From IMG/VR virus record IMGVR_UViG_3300045988_060248: a DNA stretch of 35,126 bases, one strand, 5' to 3'. Each line of letters begins with the position of its first letter. Within the stretch, counting starts at the first letter, position 1. The position numbers and the translations under genes were made by a program. Origin of the DNA: a virus. The notes beneath the pieces were generated by a model. The model was not told the origin of the DNA, made no database searches, and saw nothing but the letters and a program-made list of their open reading frames with translations. Positions 22,389 to 31,027 of the stretch are shown piece by piece.

Positions 22389-22781
22389 CTAGCTTTTCTG
22401 TGCGGCTTTCATTTCCCCCTCTGTATCTTCTGTTATATTATTGTTATTTTCTTTCTCTCCTGTCGTTCCGGCAGCAAATGCAGCAAATATAGCTTGCTGT
22501 ATTTCTCGTAAGTTACCTGCGTTTATCAGCCTGCCTACTTTTTGCTCGCTTAATGTTTCTGCGTTTTCATTTTCTGCAAGTCTTGCCTCATTGATAAGCA
22601 AAGTGAATAACCATCTTGTATCTTTTACCCAGTCCTTGTTATCCTGGTTAAATACCTCGTGCAGCTTGTCATAACCGCCAAAGCGCTCCTGCATTTCATC
22701 CAGTGCGTTTAGAGAAAATAATAAGCCGTATTCTTCGCCGTTTAATGTAATGGGATATGCCCCGCTTTTCATTGCATTCAT
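22389..22781 (-). CDS. Tail assembly chaperone (gpG-like)
   Basis: 130 aa, acidic, located between the major tail and tape measure genes. Confidence 0.6.
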   Translation of the reverse strand: MNAMKSGAYPITLNGEEYGLLFSLNALDEMQERFGGYDKLHEVFNQDNKDWVKDTRWLFTLLINEARLAENENAETLSEQKVGRLINAGNLREIQQAIFAAFAAGTTGEKENNNNITEDTEGEMKAAQKS

Positions 22782-22784
22782 ATA

Positions 22785-22814
22785 TCAAATATGGCGCAGC
22801 TGTTACGCTGCGCC
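22785..22814 (-). terminator. Hairpin / weak terminator after the major tail protein gene
   Basis: Minus strand reads GGCGCAGC-GTAACA-GCTGCGCC (8 bp), then ATATTTG. The U-tract is poor. Confidence 0.35.
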
Positions 22815-22827
22815 TTTCCCCCTTTCT

Positions 22828-23391
22828 TTATACTGATACTGCATCTGCTGCTGGCTCTGGCACGGCATTAAACCATGCTTTAGCTGTTTCATCTGTTTCT
22901 TTTCCTACATAGTCAGCTTTCCACTTGTCGTGTTTCTTATTTCTCATAAATGTAAGCTCTATTTCTGGTGTCTGGTAGTTGATGCTCTCGCCCTTAGTTT
23001 CAAACTTTTCTGTGGGAATTTTTGCCCTACATTTAAGCAGCCAAATATAGCGGTATTTGCCGCCCGTCTTTTTTGCCCTAAATCCTACGGCAACGTATGG
23101 CGGGTTATCCTCGCCACCGCTCCATACAACGCCTTTTTCGTCTACTTTCTTCCCTAAAATTTCTGCTGATACTTCCGGCATTAAATCATCAATACCCAGT
23201 TTAAGCGTACCGCTTGCAAATTCGCTGTCGCTCTGCGCTAATGCGTCGTCTACGTAAAGCGCACCGTCTGCCGTTGATACTGATAATTCAGCTGTCATAG
23301 CTCCTGCCATTTTTTTAGGCGTTCCGTATGTCTCTGCGCCGTCTGGTTCTGTAATTACAGAATAATAAAGGTCTTTCAATCCTAATGTCAT
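22828..23391 (-). CDS. Major tail protein (phi13-family-like)
   Basis: 187 aa. MTLGLKDLYYSVITE...YGTPKKMAGAMTAELSV pattern, plus synteny. Confidence 0.75.
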   Translation of the reverse strand: MTLGLKDLYYSVITEPDGAETYGTPKKMAGAMTAELSVSTADGALYVDDALAQSDSEFASGTLKLGIDDLMPEVSAEILGKKVDEKGVVWSGGEDNPPYVAVGFRAKKTGGKYRYIWLLKCRAKIPTEKFETKGESINYQTPEIELTFMRNKKHDKWKADYVGKETDETAKAWFNAVPEPAADAVSV

Positions 23392-23392
23392 T

Positions 23393-23719
23393 TTATCGCT
23401 CCTTTAATATCTCAATGGTTATAGGCACTAACCAGTACCCCGTTTCTGTTTCGTAGCTTTCTGCATCTATGCTGTTGATATAAACGCCTGCTGCTTTCAA
23501 TACCTCTTTTGTCTTATCAAGCTGCGCCTCAAAATCGCCCTTATTGAAAAGCGTAACTCTATACATTTCCCTGCGCTCTTTCTCTTCGTCGTCTGCATTT
23601 ACCGCAGGCGTACCCAGCAGCCGCAAAAATGTATAGTATGCGTCCGGCTTATCCCGTCCAGTGTATACGCCCCTCTGGGCTGGCAGCCCTGCGCTTTCTA
23701 AAATCTCCTGTATGCTCAT
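23393..23719 (-). CDS. Tail completion / tail terminator protein
   Basis: Assigned by synteny between the gp10-like and major tail genes. 108 aa. Confidence 0.45.
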   Translation of the reverse strand: MSIQEILESAGLPAQRGVYTGRDKPDAYYTFLRLLGTPAVNADDEEKERREMYRVTLFNKGDFEAQLDKTKEVLKAAGVYINSIDAESYETETGYWLVPITIEILKER

Positions 23720-24147
23720 TTGCCCGTTTCACTCTCCCATATACTGCGCTGCGCCTCTACTACCTTTTCGTGCGCCTTGGCGTTTGCAGTTGTCATATAC
23801 GGGCGTGCCTGCTGGCTGCTTGTCCCGTATTCTGCCACAAAGCCGATTGTTGCATAGCGCACTTTGCTTTTATCGCCTTTCCTGTCGTTTCCATGCCCTG
23901 CCCGTCCCTGCGGGTATATCTCTACGTATTTCTCCGTATCGTCGCCCTTTACGTCCGTGGCTTTTATGGAATTGATAAAACCGCCCGTTTCGTTCAGTCC
24001 CATTGCCTGTGCCTCTGCTTTCTGTGCCTCTATCAGCACATCAGCGCCAGCCTTAAGCATTTTCGGTACTGCCTCAACCGTGGCGGTTTCTCTCCTGCCG
24101 AAAGCGTCTATAATATCTTCCAGCCCAACTGTATTAAATTCTCCCAT
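23716..24147 (-). CDS. HK97 gp10-family head-tail joining protein
   Basis: 143 aa. ...YATIGFVAEYGTSSQQARPYM... pattern, plus synteny. Confidence 0.6.
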   Translation of the reverse strand: MGEFNTVGLEDIIDAFGRRETATVEAVPKMLKAGADVLIEAQKAEAQAMGLNETGGFINSIKATDVKGDDTEKYVEIYPQGRAGHGNDRKGDKSKVRYATIGFVAEYGTSSQQARPYMTTANAKAHEKVVEAQRSIWESETGK

Positions 24148-24149
24148 GC

Positions 24150-24473
24150 TTACACCTCGTTTCTGTGGCGTAAATCTGTAAGCGTAAGCTCTATGGTGTC
24201 TATCCCTGTATCGTAGGTCTTAAGTACAAAATAGCGCCGCCCGTTTACTTCTACTACGTCCTCGCCGCCATAATCTACCTTGTGTACCTCGTACTTTGCC
24301 TCTACCAGTTTTCCTGTCTGCTGGCTCTTAAAATATTCACTGTACCCTACTGATTTTTTGTTACAGAATACAGTGCGGGTGCTTTCTTCCGGCTTTACTG
24401 CAAAGCCGTTTTTATTTACCCTGTTTTCTGCTGTTGTTTCTGCAATAAGTGTTAATTCGTCCAGCCACTCCAC
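24150..24473 (-). CDS. Head closure / head-tail adaptor protein (SPP1 gp16-like)
   Basis: Start set at GTG 24471-24473 (RBS GGGGTG), directly after the upstream stop. The 47-codon extension in the ORF track overlaps the upstream gene. Confidence 0.55.
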   Translation of the reverse strand: MEWLDELTLIAETTAENRVNKNGFAVKPEESTRTVFCNKKSVGYSEYFKSQQTGKLVEAKYEVHKVDYGGEDVVEVNGRRYFVLKTYDTGIDTIELTLTDLRHRNEV

Positions 24474-24477
24474 CGCT

Positions 24478-24813
24478 TTACACCCCACTTTCTGTGCTGT
24501 TGGTGTCCGTTTCGGACACTTGCGGCGCTGTGTTGTATTCTGCTGATAAAGATAAGCGCATTTTAAGTGCGTCGTATGACTTTCTAAATTGTTCCGCAGC
24601 ATTGTTAAAACCAAACTCTGCCTTGCAATACAGTGTAATTGCTCTGATAATCAACCCGTCTGTCTCTTTTATCACTTTTACGCCGTCGTTTTTCATATCA
24701 GCTTTGCAGGCGGCTATACAGTCGTTTATTTCCTCTGTGATTTTCTCACTGGTGCTGCTTATACGCAGCGCCGCCCGCATCTTCTCGGTTAATGTTGTGG
24801 TATCTGCTGCCAT
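24478..24813 (-). CDS. Head-tail connector protein (gp6-like)
   Basis: MAADTTTLTEKMRAALRIS...IRAITLYCKAEFG pattern. ATG at 24811-24813 has the RBS AGAGGG. Confidence 0.6.
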   Translation of the reverse strand: MAADTTTLTEKMRAALRISSTSEKITEEINDCIAACKADMKNDGVKVIKETDGLIIRAITLYCKAEFGFNNAAEQFRKSYDALKMRLSLSAEYNTAPQVSETDTNSTESGV

Positions 24814-24830
24814 AGCCTGCACCCTCTTTC

Positions 24831-25289
24831 TTACTCTGTCATTACTACTGCTACGCCTGCCTCTTCCAGAACTGCTGCACGTTCTTTGCTTACTGTGTAA
24901 GTTTCCCCCGTATCCTTAATCTGGTTTAATTCCTTGTCAAGAAAACGACGCTTTGCTTTCACTTTTACCAGCCCTGCTGCTTTCTTTTCTTCCTCGGCTT
25001 TGGCTGCTGCCTCTGCTGCTGCCTTTTCCTCTTCGGCTTTGGCTGCCGCCTCTGCTGCTGCCTTTTCCTCTTCGGCTTTGGCTGCTGCCTCTGCCGCTGC
25101 CTCGGCTGCTACTTTTTTATCCTCTTCCGTAAGTTCGCTGTCGTCTGGTATGTCTACCTCGACGGCTGCGCAGCGTGCAGCAATTTCTTTCTTTGTTCCC
25201 TCTGCATCTACGCCCAGCTGCTTTGCCAGTTCCTGCAAATCCTCTTTCTTATAGCTTTCCAGCTCTTTTGCGTCTAAGTATCCTTTCAT
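24831..25289 (-). CDS. Hypothetical head-module protein with N-terminal SAP/Rho-N-like helix pair and Ala/Glu/Lys tandem repeats
   Basis: LQELAKQLGVDAEGTKKEIAARC is followed by three copies of AAAEAAAKAEEEK. Confidence 0.55.
   Translation of the reverse strand: MKGYLDAKELESYKKEDLQELAKQLGVDAEGTKKEIAARCAAVEVDIPDDSELTEEDKKVAAEAAAEAAAKAEEEKAAAEAAAKAEEEKAAAEAAAKAEEEKKAAGLVKVKAKRRFLDKELNQIKDTGETYTVSKERAAVLEEAGVAVVMTE
24984..25100. repeat. Three tandem copies of a 39-bp in-frame repeat
   Basis: cttttc(c/t)t(c)ttcggctttggctgc(c/t)gcctctgc(t/c)gctgc at 24984-25022, 25023-25061 and 25062-25100, with 1-3 mismatches between copies. Confidence 0.85.
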
Positions 25290-25305
25290 GCTCTGCCTCG
25301 CTTTC

Positions 25306-26538
25306 TTACACTGCTGTTACACCCTTTTTAACTAAGATAATGCCCGCAGCGTCAGCTACTTTGCCGTCCACTACCATTAAGCACTTATTCTTAATCTTGT
25401 TGTTGTCGTGGTCTGTCCATTTCACTACCTGCATTTCCATGTTGGTATTGATAACGTAATCAGAGAAATTCATAAATACTGCGATTACGTCGCCCTCGTT
25501 TGCGTCGTCCCAGCTCGGTAAAACGTCGTCCTCTACAGTTTCCACATTCTTACCCATAAAACGGTATGTTTCCTCTCCGTTCACGCCGTAGTTTGTGCGT
25601 CCGATAGGCTGCCCGTTCTTATCTTCCATGCCGTCAATGCCAGTATCAAAAGTGGACTGGTTCATAACAAAGCTGCCGTTTCTGTACGCCTTTTTCATTT
25701 TGCCTTTTACCTTGTGCCAGCCGTTCCAGCTTGCATACTCTTCCGGTGTCAGAGTAATTACAGCTGTTACCCTGCTGTCTTTCAGAACGCCCAGCGGCTG
25801 CCCCTCGCCTGTACCGTTGAAAATGGCAATTTCGATAGCCTTTACCATTGCCTCTGTTGCCATAGGTACGAACAAATCAGTAAACATTTTCAATGTTACT
25901 ACATTTGCTAAAATGCTCTGGGAAATTTTGCACTCCAAACCGTAATAATTGAAAGTTACGGAATTTTTAGCAGATGCTTTCTGGTCGTCGCTGCTCTTTG
26001 CCTCTGTAATCCAGTGTGCAGTAGGCTTTAAGTCTGCAATCGGAATGGAAACGCCGCCCTGTACGTTAATCTTACGCACCTTTGCATAAATGCTGCCGTA
26101 GCTTTCCAGTTTCTGGATAATTTCATTCATAATAGTTGTCGGAATTACAGCGCCGCTGTCTGCTGTGGTGGTGGTTTCAGCTGCTCTGTACTCTGCCGGA
26201 ATAGCAACGCCTCTGCATACATAATTCATAAACGCTTTTCTGTATGCCGTAGTGTCGTATTTGTCCTCTGGTTCTCCTGCTCCTGCGCCGCCTGCTCCCT
26301 TGAAATTTCTAAGCAGCGTGGTATCTGCTCCCGCTCCACCTGTCGGCTCTCCTGCTGCAATTCTTTCAAGCAGCTTTTTACGTTTCTCTGCCGCTGTCAG
26401 TAAAGCGGTACGCTCTTCCTGTAAGTCTGTTACCTCTGTTTCCAGTTTTGTAATTTCCTCGTCCGTAAGCTCTGCCGCTCTGGTGTTAAGCTCTTCTTTG
26501 ATTTCGGCTAATCTTGCCTCAATTTCCTTTAATCTCAT
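25306..26538 (-). CDS. Major capsid protein, HK97 family (with N-terminal coiled-coil delta domain)
   Basis: 410 aa. MRLKEIEARLAEIKEEL... is the delta-domain coiled coil, followed by the HK97-type body. It lies downstream of the prohead protease. Confidence 0.85.
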   Translation of the reverse strand: MRLKEIEARLAEIKEELNTRAAELTDEEITKLETEVTDLQEERTALLTAAEKRKKLLERIAAGEPTGGAGADTTLLRNFKGAGGAGAGEPEDKYDTTAYRKAFMNYVCRGVAIPAEYRAAETTTTADSGAVIPTTIMNEIIQKLESYGSIYAKVRKINVQGGVSIPIADLKPTAHWITEAKSSDDQKASAKNSVTFNYYGLECKISQSILANVVTLKMFTDLFVPMATEAMVKAIEIAIFNGTGEGQPLGVLKDSRVTAVITLTPEEYASWNGWHKVKGKMKKAYRNGSFVMNQSTFDTGIDGMEDKNGQPIGRTNYGVNGEETYRFMGKNVETVEDDVLPSWDDANEGDVIAVFMNFSDYVINTNMEMQVVKWTDHDNNKIKNKCLMVVDGKVADAAGIILVKKGVTAV

Positions 26539-26568
26539 AGTCTGTGTTCTCCTTTTTTGTTTTGATTT

Positions 26569-27168
26569 TTATAAGCTCGCCTTAATCTTTAGTATTGCTG
26601 CCCGCCTCTTAAGCAACTCCTGCCGCTCCCGCTCATAACTCCTACTCGCAAAAGCACGGGCGCTTATTTCAGTATCGTTATTTGCCGGAATACTCACGGC
26701 TGATACATCATAAACCTTTTTGATTTTCAAAATTGTTCTTGTATGTGTTTCTCTGTCGTAGCTTTCCTCTGCCACTGTAAACGCCCATGACATTTTAGTA
26801 ATCATTCCTGCGCTTATGTCTTGATACAGCCCACGGGCTAAGTCTGTCCGGCTTAAGTCTGCTGCCACGAAAAGCCCCTTTACGTCCGGCTCTAAAATCA
26901 GCGTATTATTTGACTGTCTGGCAAATACTCTGCCCTCATGGTCGTACTGCATGATAACGTCACTCATGTCTGCGCTGTCTAATGCGTGTGCGTCTATTCT
27001 TTCGTAAATCTTTGTGCCGTCCTCAAACTCATATAAAAGGTATGGCGCATTAAATGTAGTAGCGTAGCCCTCTACGTAGCACTCCGACTGTAAGCGCTTT
27101 TCGCCGGAACTCTGCGCAGCCAGAGGCGCTACCAGCGTTCTATATTCCCGCTCTTTCTTAACTGGCAT
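26569..27168 (-). CDS. HK97-family prohead protease
   Basis: 199 aa. EGYATTFN...IMQYDHEG..FAR pattern. It lies between the portal and capsid genes. Confidence 0.8.
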   Translation of the reverse strand: MPVKKEREYRTLVAPLAAQSSGEKRLQSECYVEGYATTFNAPYLLYEFEDGTKIYERIDAHALDSADMSDVIMQYDHEGRVFARQSNNTLILEPDVKGLFVAADLSRTDLARGLYQDISAGMITKMSWAFTVAEESYDRETHTRTILKIKKVYDVSAVSIPANNDTEISARAFASRSYERERQELLKRRAAILKIKASL

Positions 27169-28408
27169 TATTTACACCCTCTTTCTCTTCCTGTCCGTTC
27201 TGCGGTTCTTCTCCCGCTGCTGGTTCTGTCTGCTGCGGTACTTGCTGTATGATAACTGGCTGCTCACTTCCTTTGTGCAGTTCGCTTACCTCTGTATATT
27301 CCTTTCGGATATAATACTTTTCCCCGTCCTCAACGTGTGCCATGTTCCATATATCCATTACGCCGTTTCTGTTCAGTAGCGCACGGTCAAAAAGCTGTGT
27401 GCTTACGCTTAACTTTGTGGCGTTGCTGGCGTATTGTAGGCGGTTTGCAGAAAAGAAAATAGCATTGCCGCAGGCTCTTTCTCTCTCTGTAAAGCTCATA
27501 TTTGTCATAACAAGCGATAGCTGTATTGCAAACGGCTCTATTTTCCCCTCGTAGTAAGCATTCCACGTATTTTCATCAAATTTATTTTGCAGAATATCCA
27601 TATTTGTGCCAAAATGCGTGCATACATTTTCCTGTATGTGCTGCATCTGCAATGCGTTTGGCGTATACGGTTTGCTTTCTACCTGTTTCAGCTCACTAAA
27701 CTTGTTATCATAAATAATCATGCCGCTATCGTTGTCGGCGCTTAAGTTATCCTCTGTAAAGCGTTTCCGCTCTTTCTTTATATCCTCTGGTTTCAGTATA
27801 TTTGCCACCTTTGCCAGAAAACGGATATTTGCAGAATTTTTTACAGCGTTTATAATTCCCTCATTCTGCGTATGTATCAACTGCATAGTTGGTGCAAGCG
27901 TGCTGTTGTCCTCTCCGAAAAGGTCATCTTTATATTCAAAGTCTGTCATAATGCCTACACGCTCAAACTCAATAGCTCCATAGCTGCCATTTGCAAACAG
28001 ATACCGTAAATATAATTGTCCCTCACTCTCTACCACCTCGCAGCGTTCAGCTCGCAGCGGATACCAGCCACATAATCGCCCGTATTCGTCCTCGATAGGT
28101 ATAATAAAAGCGGTGTGTTCCACCGCTACATACGTTGCCAGACGCTTTATAAATTTTGTTGTATCCATAAAGTAGTTGGGTTTATGCTGCAATGTCTTTT
28201 CCAGCGACTTAAGGGCGCTGCCCTCTATCTCCGGCTTTAGCTTGCTGCAGTGTGTGGCAAAATTATTTATAGCCGTTCTGGTTAAATCCATTTCATACAC
28301 GCCGCCGCTAAAGCTGGTAAACGTCGGGCTGTATCCGTTCAGCATTTTGAAATAATTACCTATGGCTTTTAATTCTTTGCCATGAAAAAGATAGTCTAAA
28401 AATTTCAT
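27158..28408 (-). CDS. Portal protein (HK97 family)
   Basis: 416 aa, directly after TerL. Its 3' end overlaps the protease gene by 11 nt. Confidence 0.8.
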   Translation of the reverse strand: MKFLDYLFHGKELKAIGNYFKMLNGYSPTFTSFSGGVYEMDLTRTAINNFATHCSKLKPEIEGSALKSLEKTLQHKPNYFMDTTKFIKRLATYVAVEHTAFIIPIEDEYGRLCGWYPLRAERCEVVESEGQLYLRYLFANGSYGAIEFERVGIMTDFEYKDDLFGEDNSTLAPTMQLIHTQNEGIINAVKNSANIRFLAKVANILKPEDIKKERKRFTEDNLSADNDSGMIIYDNKFSELKQVESKPYTPNALQMQHIQENVCTHFGTNMDILQNKFDENTWNAYYEGKIEPFAIQLSLVMTNMSFTERERACGNAIFFSANRLQYASNATKLSVSTQLFDRALLNRNGVMDIWNMAHVEDGEKYYIRKEYTEVSELHKGSEQPVIIQQVPQQTEPAAGEEPQNGQEEKEGVNNAS

Positions 28409-28425
28409 GCCGTTTACACTCCTTT

Positions 28426-30081
28426 CTATGCGGCATTTTTAAGCAGCTCGCCGCACTCTTCCCAGTATTTCTGCCGCACGGTCATTGCATCTATGACAGA
28501 TACAAAGCCGTCGATATGCGCCCGCTGCTCGATTTTTATAGGTCTGAATTTTCTTGTTTCCATGTTGTGCTTAAGCGCAACATTTAAGAAATGTGTCTTT
28601 AGTAAATTGTTGTCGGCAATCTTAAAATCGCCGTCTTTTATGATGCCCTCAAACTCCCGTATAACTGGTGTAAGGTTTTCGCCTTGGTAAACGTCGTCCA
28701 TGTGAAAACCATAATTTGCCATATCGGTAATAAGGTACTGGGCGCTGTATCTGTCGTAGCCGATTTTCAACGGTCGTATGCCGTAATCTTCCAGCAGCAT
28801 AGTAAACCAGCCGTAAACGTCGTGGTAATCTACGTAATTCTCGCCGCTTAAGGTTATCAGCCCCTTTTTAACGAATATGTCATACGGCACGCCGTCCGTA
28901 GCCTGTAAGTATTCCAGCCTGCCCCGTGGCATAAAGAACTGTGTAAACGCATACAGTGTACCGTCTTTCTGAATAACCACACTGGCTGCCGTTAAGTCCG
29001 TTGTCTGGCTTAAGTCAATGCCGCCCACTGCGTAGCAGTCCCTAAAGTCCTCTAAGATCTTTTCTACTCCGGCGTTCTCTACTGTCTGATATTCCAACCA
29101 TGCAATAGAGCTGTTCTGCTTGATATTGCAATACTTTGTAAGGAACTCTGCTTTTTTACTTAAGCTGCCCTCTGCTACTGCTATCTCGTCCATAAAGAAA
29201 CTTTCTTTTACGGATACGCCCATGTTAGGGTTAGCCTTTTTCAGTTCGTCTATGTCGTTCCACTTCTCCACATCATCAATCATGTAAAGGAATGGTAATA
29301 GCCTGCGCTCTTTGCTGTTTCCTTTCAAGAAACTTGTGCTACGTTTCATTAGTTCATCATAAATACTGTCGTTGATATATCCGGCAGTGCTTATGCTCAA
29401 TATCATAGGTTGAGTACGTGCGCCTAAAGCGGATTTCATAACCTCATACTGCTTTAGTCCAGCGTCCCCGCTCCATGCTGCCATTTCATCACATACCACA
29501 AGCTGCGGGTTAAATCCGTCTGACTTCTTGGCATTAAAAGCAATCGGTTTTATTACCGTGTTGCTCTCCGCAATATAAATATCGCTGCGCCGTTTCTTTG
29601 CCAGCTCCGCTAACTCGTCCTCTGCCTGTACCATTTGATAAAATCCGTCATACACCAGCGCCGCTTGGTCTAATTTCGGCGCTAAGCAGTATATTTCTTG
29701 TCCATACTCCGGCTCTAAGTACGCCATATATGCAATAATCGCAGATGCAAATAAACTTTTTCCGTTTTTTCTGCCAATTACAATAAAAATTTCACGGAAA
29801 ATACGTATTTTTTCTGCGTCCTGTATGCCAAAAATAACAGAAACTATGGCTTTCTGCCATAGCTCCAACTTGATTAAATCATTACGTCCCTTGCTGTGGT
29901 GGCAAAAGTTCTCTATGAACCGTATAGCCTTATTCGCAGCCTTTGCATTAAAAAAATACTCCTGCTTTTGCAGCCCGTTTATAATGATTTCGTATATTTT
30001 CTTTATCCATTTTCCCGCTATGATTTCGCCGCTTGTAATCTTTGCGTGGTACTCATAGATATAATTTCTATAAGGCGGCAA
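28426..30081 (-). CDS. terL: Terminase large subunit
   Basis: 551 aa. Walker A-like GRKNGKS, Walker B-like LVVCDEMA, and a C-terminal nuclease region. The only available start is TTG at 30079-30081. Confidence 0.85.
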   Translation of the reverse strand: MPPYRNYIYEYHAKITSGEIIAGKWIKKIYEIIINGLQKQEYFFNAKAANKAIRFIENFCHHSKGRNDLIKLELWQKAIVSVIFGIQDAEKIRIFREIFIVIGRKNGKSLFASAIIAYMAYLEPEYGQEIYCLAPKLDQAALVYDGFYQMVQAEDELAELAKKRRSDIYIAESNTVIKPIAFNAKKSDGFNPQLVVCDEMAAWSGDAGLKQYEVMKSALGARTQPMILSISTAGYINDSIYDELMKRSTSFLKGNSKERRLLPFLYMIDDVEKWNDIDELKKANPNMGVSVKESFFMDEIAVAEGSLSKKAEFLTKYCNIKQNSSIAWLEYQTVENAGVEKILEDFRDCYAVGGIDLSQTTDLTAASVVIQKDGTLYAFTQFFMPRGRLEYLQATDGVPYDIFVKKGLITLSGENYVDYHDVYGWFTMLLEDYGIRPLKIGYDRYSAQYLITDMANYGFHMDDVYQGENLTPVIREFEGIIKDGDFKIADNNLLKTHFLNVALKHNMETRKFRPIKIEQRAHIDGFVSVIDAMTVRQKYWEECGELLKNAA

Positions 30082-30087
30082 TATTGC

Positions 30088-30441
30088 TTACTCTTCCCGC
30101 AAAGCCGCCAGCCTGCTTGTCTTTCGTTTCGCAGCTGGTACTAATTCCGTAAGCTGCTTAATCACTGCTGCATAGTTCTTACTAAGCGCTATGTAGGTTT
30201 CTGCCTCTGGGCTTTTCTTTGTTCCCCACTGGTTCTGCCCGTTCTGGTACTCACTCGTCCATCCGTCTTTTTCAAGTTTCGCCTGCAAGTCGTCCAGCTC
30301 AACGCTCATAAATGCAGCCTTTTCTATCAGCGGCGTTACTAATTTTCTTTTGTTTTCGTCTAAGTCCTTGAAAATACCCTTAAGTCTGGTCTTTTCGGTC
30401 TTTATCCTCTGTTCTTTGGTTTTCTCTTTCTTTGTTGCCAT
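30088..30441 (-). CDS. terS: Terminase small subunit (P27 family-like)
   Basis: ..LVTPLIEKAAFMSVELDDLQAKLEKDGW..EYQNGQNQWGTKKSPE.. pattern. Start set at ATG 30439-30441 (MATKKEK). The upstream GTG extension encodes a Gly/Arg-rich stretch within a G-rich spacer. Confidence 0.65.
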   Translation of the reverse strand: MATKKEKTKEQRIKTEKTRLKGIFKDLDENKRKLVTPLIEKAAFMSVELDDLQAKLEKDGWTSEYQNGQNQWGTKKSPEAETYIALSKNYAAVIKQLTELVPAAKRKTSRLAALREE

Positions 30442-30546
30442 TCCTTTACCCCGCTTTCCATTCCTGCGCCGCACCACACCCCCTACACCACCCGTGCGCA
30501 CGCCCGTAGGGTAATTTTAGGGTATCCCCCTCGGTATTCGCCCCCT

Positions 30547-30846
30547 TTAATTATTTTTCTGATATGGGGGGAGTATGCCGCCGTTCTCGTCGAACTGATA
30601 CCGCTTATGCCTCTCCTGTTTGTGGTGTTCCTTGTTGTGGCAGTCTTGGCACAACGCCTCTAAGTTATCCCAGCACAACGTAACGCTTATGTCGTTTATG
30701 TTCTCTCTGTTAAGCCAGCGCTTATGGTGCACTATCTTTGCGGGCTGCCCGCAGCGTTCACAAATATAATCTTGTGACATTAAATAAGCGGCTCTGGTTT
30801 TTTCCCATGCCGCTGATAAATAAAAACTCTTAGCCCATGCTTTCAT
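30547..30846 (-). CDS. HNH endonuclease (terminase-associated)
   Basis: CERCG...VHHK...NL..LCQDCHNKEHH; adjacent to terS/terL. Confidence 0.85.
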   Translation of the reverse strand: MKAWAKSFYLSAAWEKTRAAYLMSQDYICERCGQPAKIVHHKRWLNRENINDISVTLCWDNLEALCQDCHNKEHHKQERHKRYQFDENGGILPPYQKNN

Positions 30847-30920
30847 ACTGTCCCCTCTCTTTCTTCATTCCCCAGCGCCCTAAGTTTCATGCGCTGGGTG
30901 GAGGCTAAAGAATGAATAGA

Positions 30921-30973
30921 AAAAGAGTAGGCAACTGCTGCCGCACATGGCTTAAGCTATCGCCTACTCTTTT
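30921..30973 (-). terminator. 12-bp perfect inverted repeat with 29-nt loop; terminator-like on the minus strand
   Basis: Minus strand reads AAAAGAGTAGGC-(29 nt, containing the palindrome GCTTAAGC)-GCCTACTCTTTT, followed by TCTATTC. It starts about 4 nt after the predicted TSS of the promoter at 30983-31011. Confidence 0.4.
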
Positions 30974-30982
30974 CATGCTACC

Positions 30983-31011
30983 ATTGTATCTCTTTTGTTT
31001 TCCCATGTAAA
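30983..31011 (-). promoter_or_regulatory. Candidate late promoter upstream of the packaging/structural operon
   Basis: Minus strand reads TTTACA (31006-31011), a 17-nt spacer, then TACAAT (30983-30988). Confidence 0.5.
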
Positions 31012-31027
31012 CACCACGTTTTTACCA

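Noticed and set aside
24984-25100. Regularly spaced 39-bp repeats considered as a possible CRISPR array
   Set aside because: The units are directly adjacent with no spacers, they are in frame inside a CDS, and they encode a repeated peptide. No cas genes are present.
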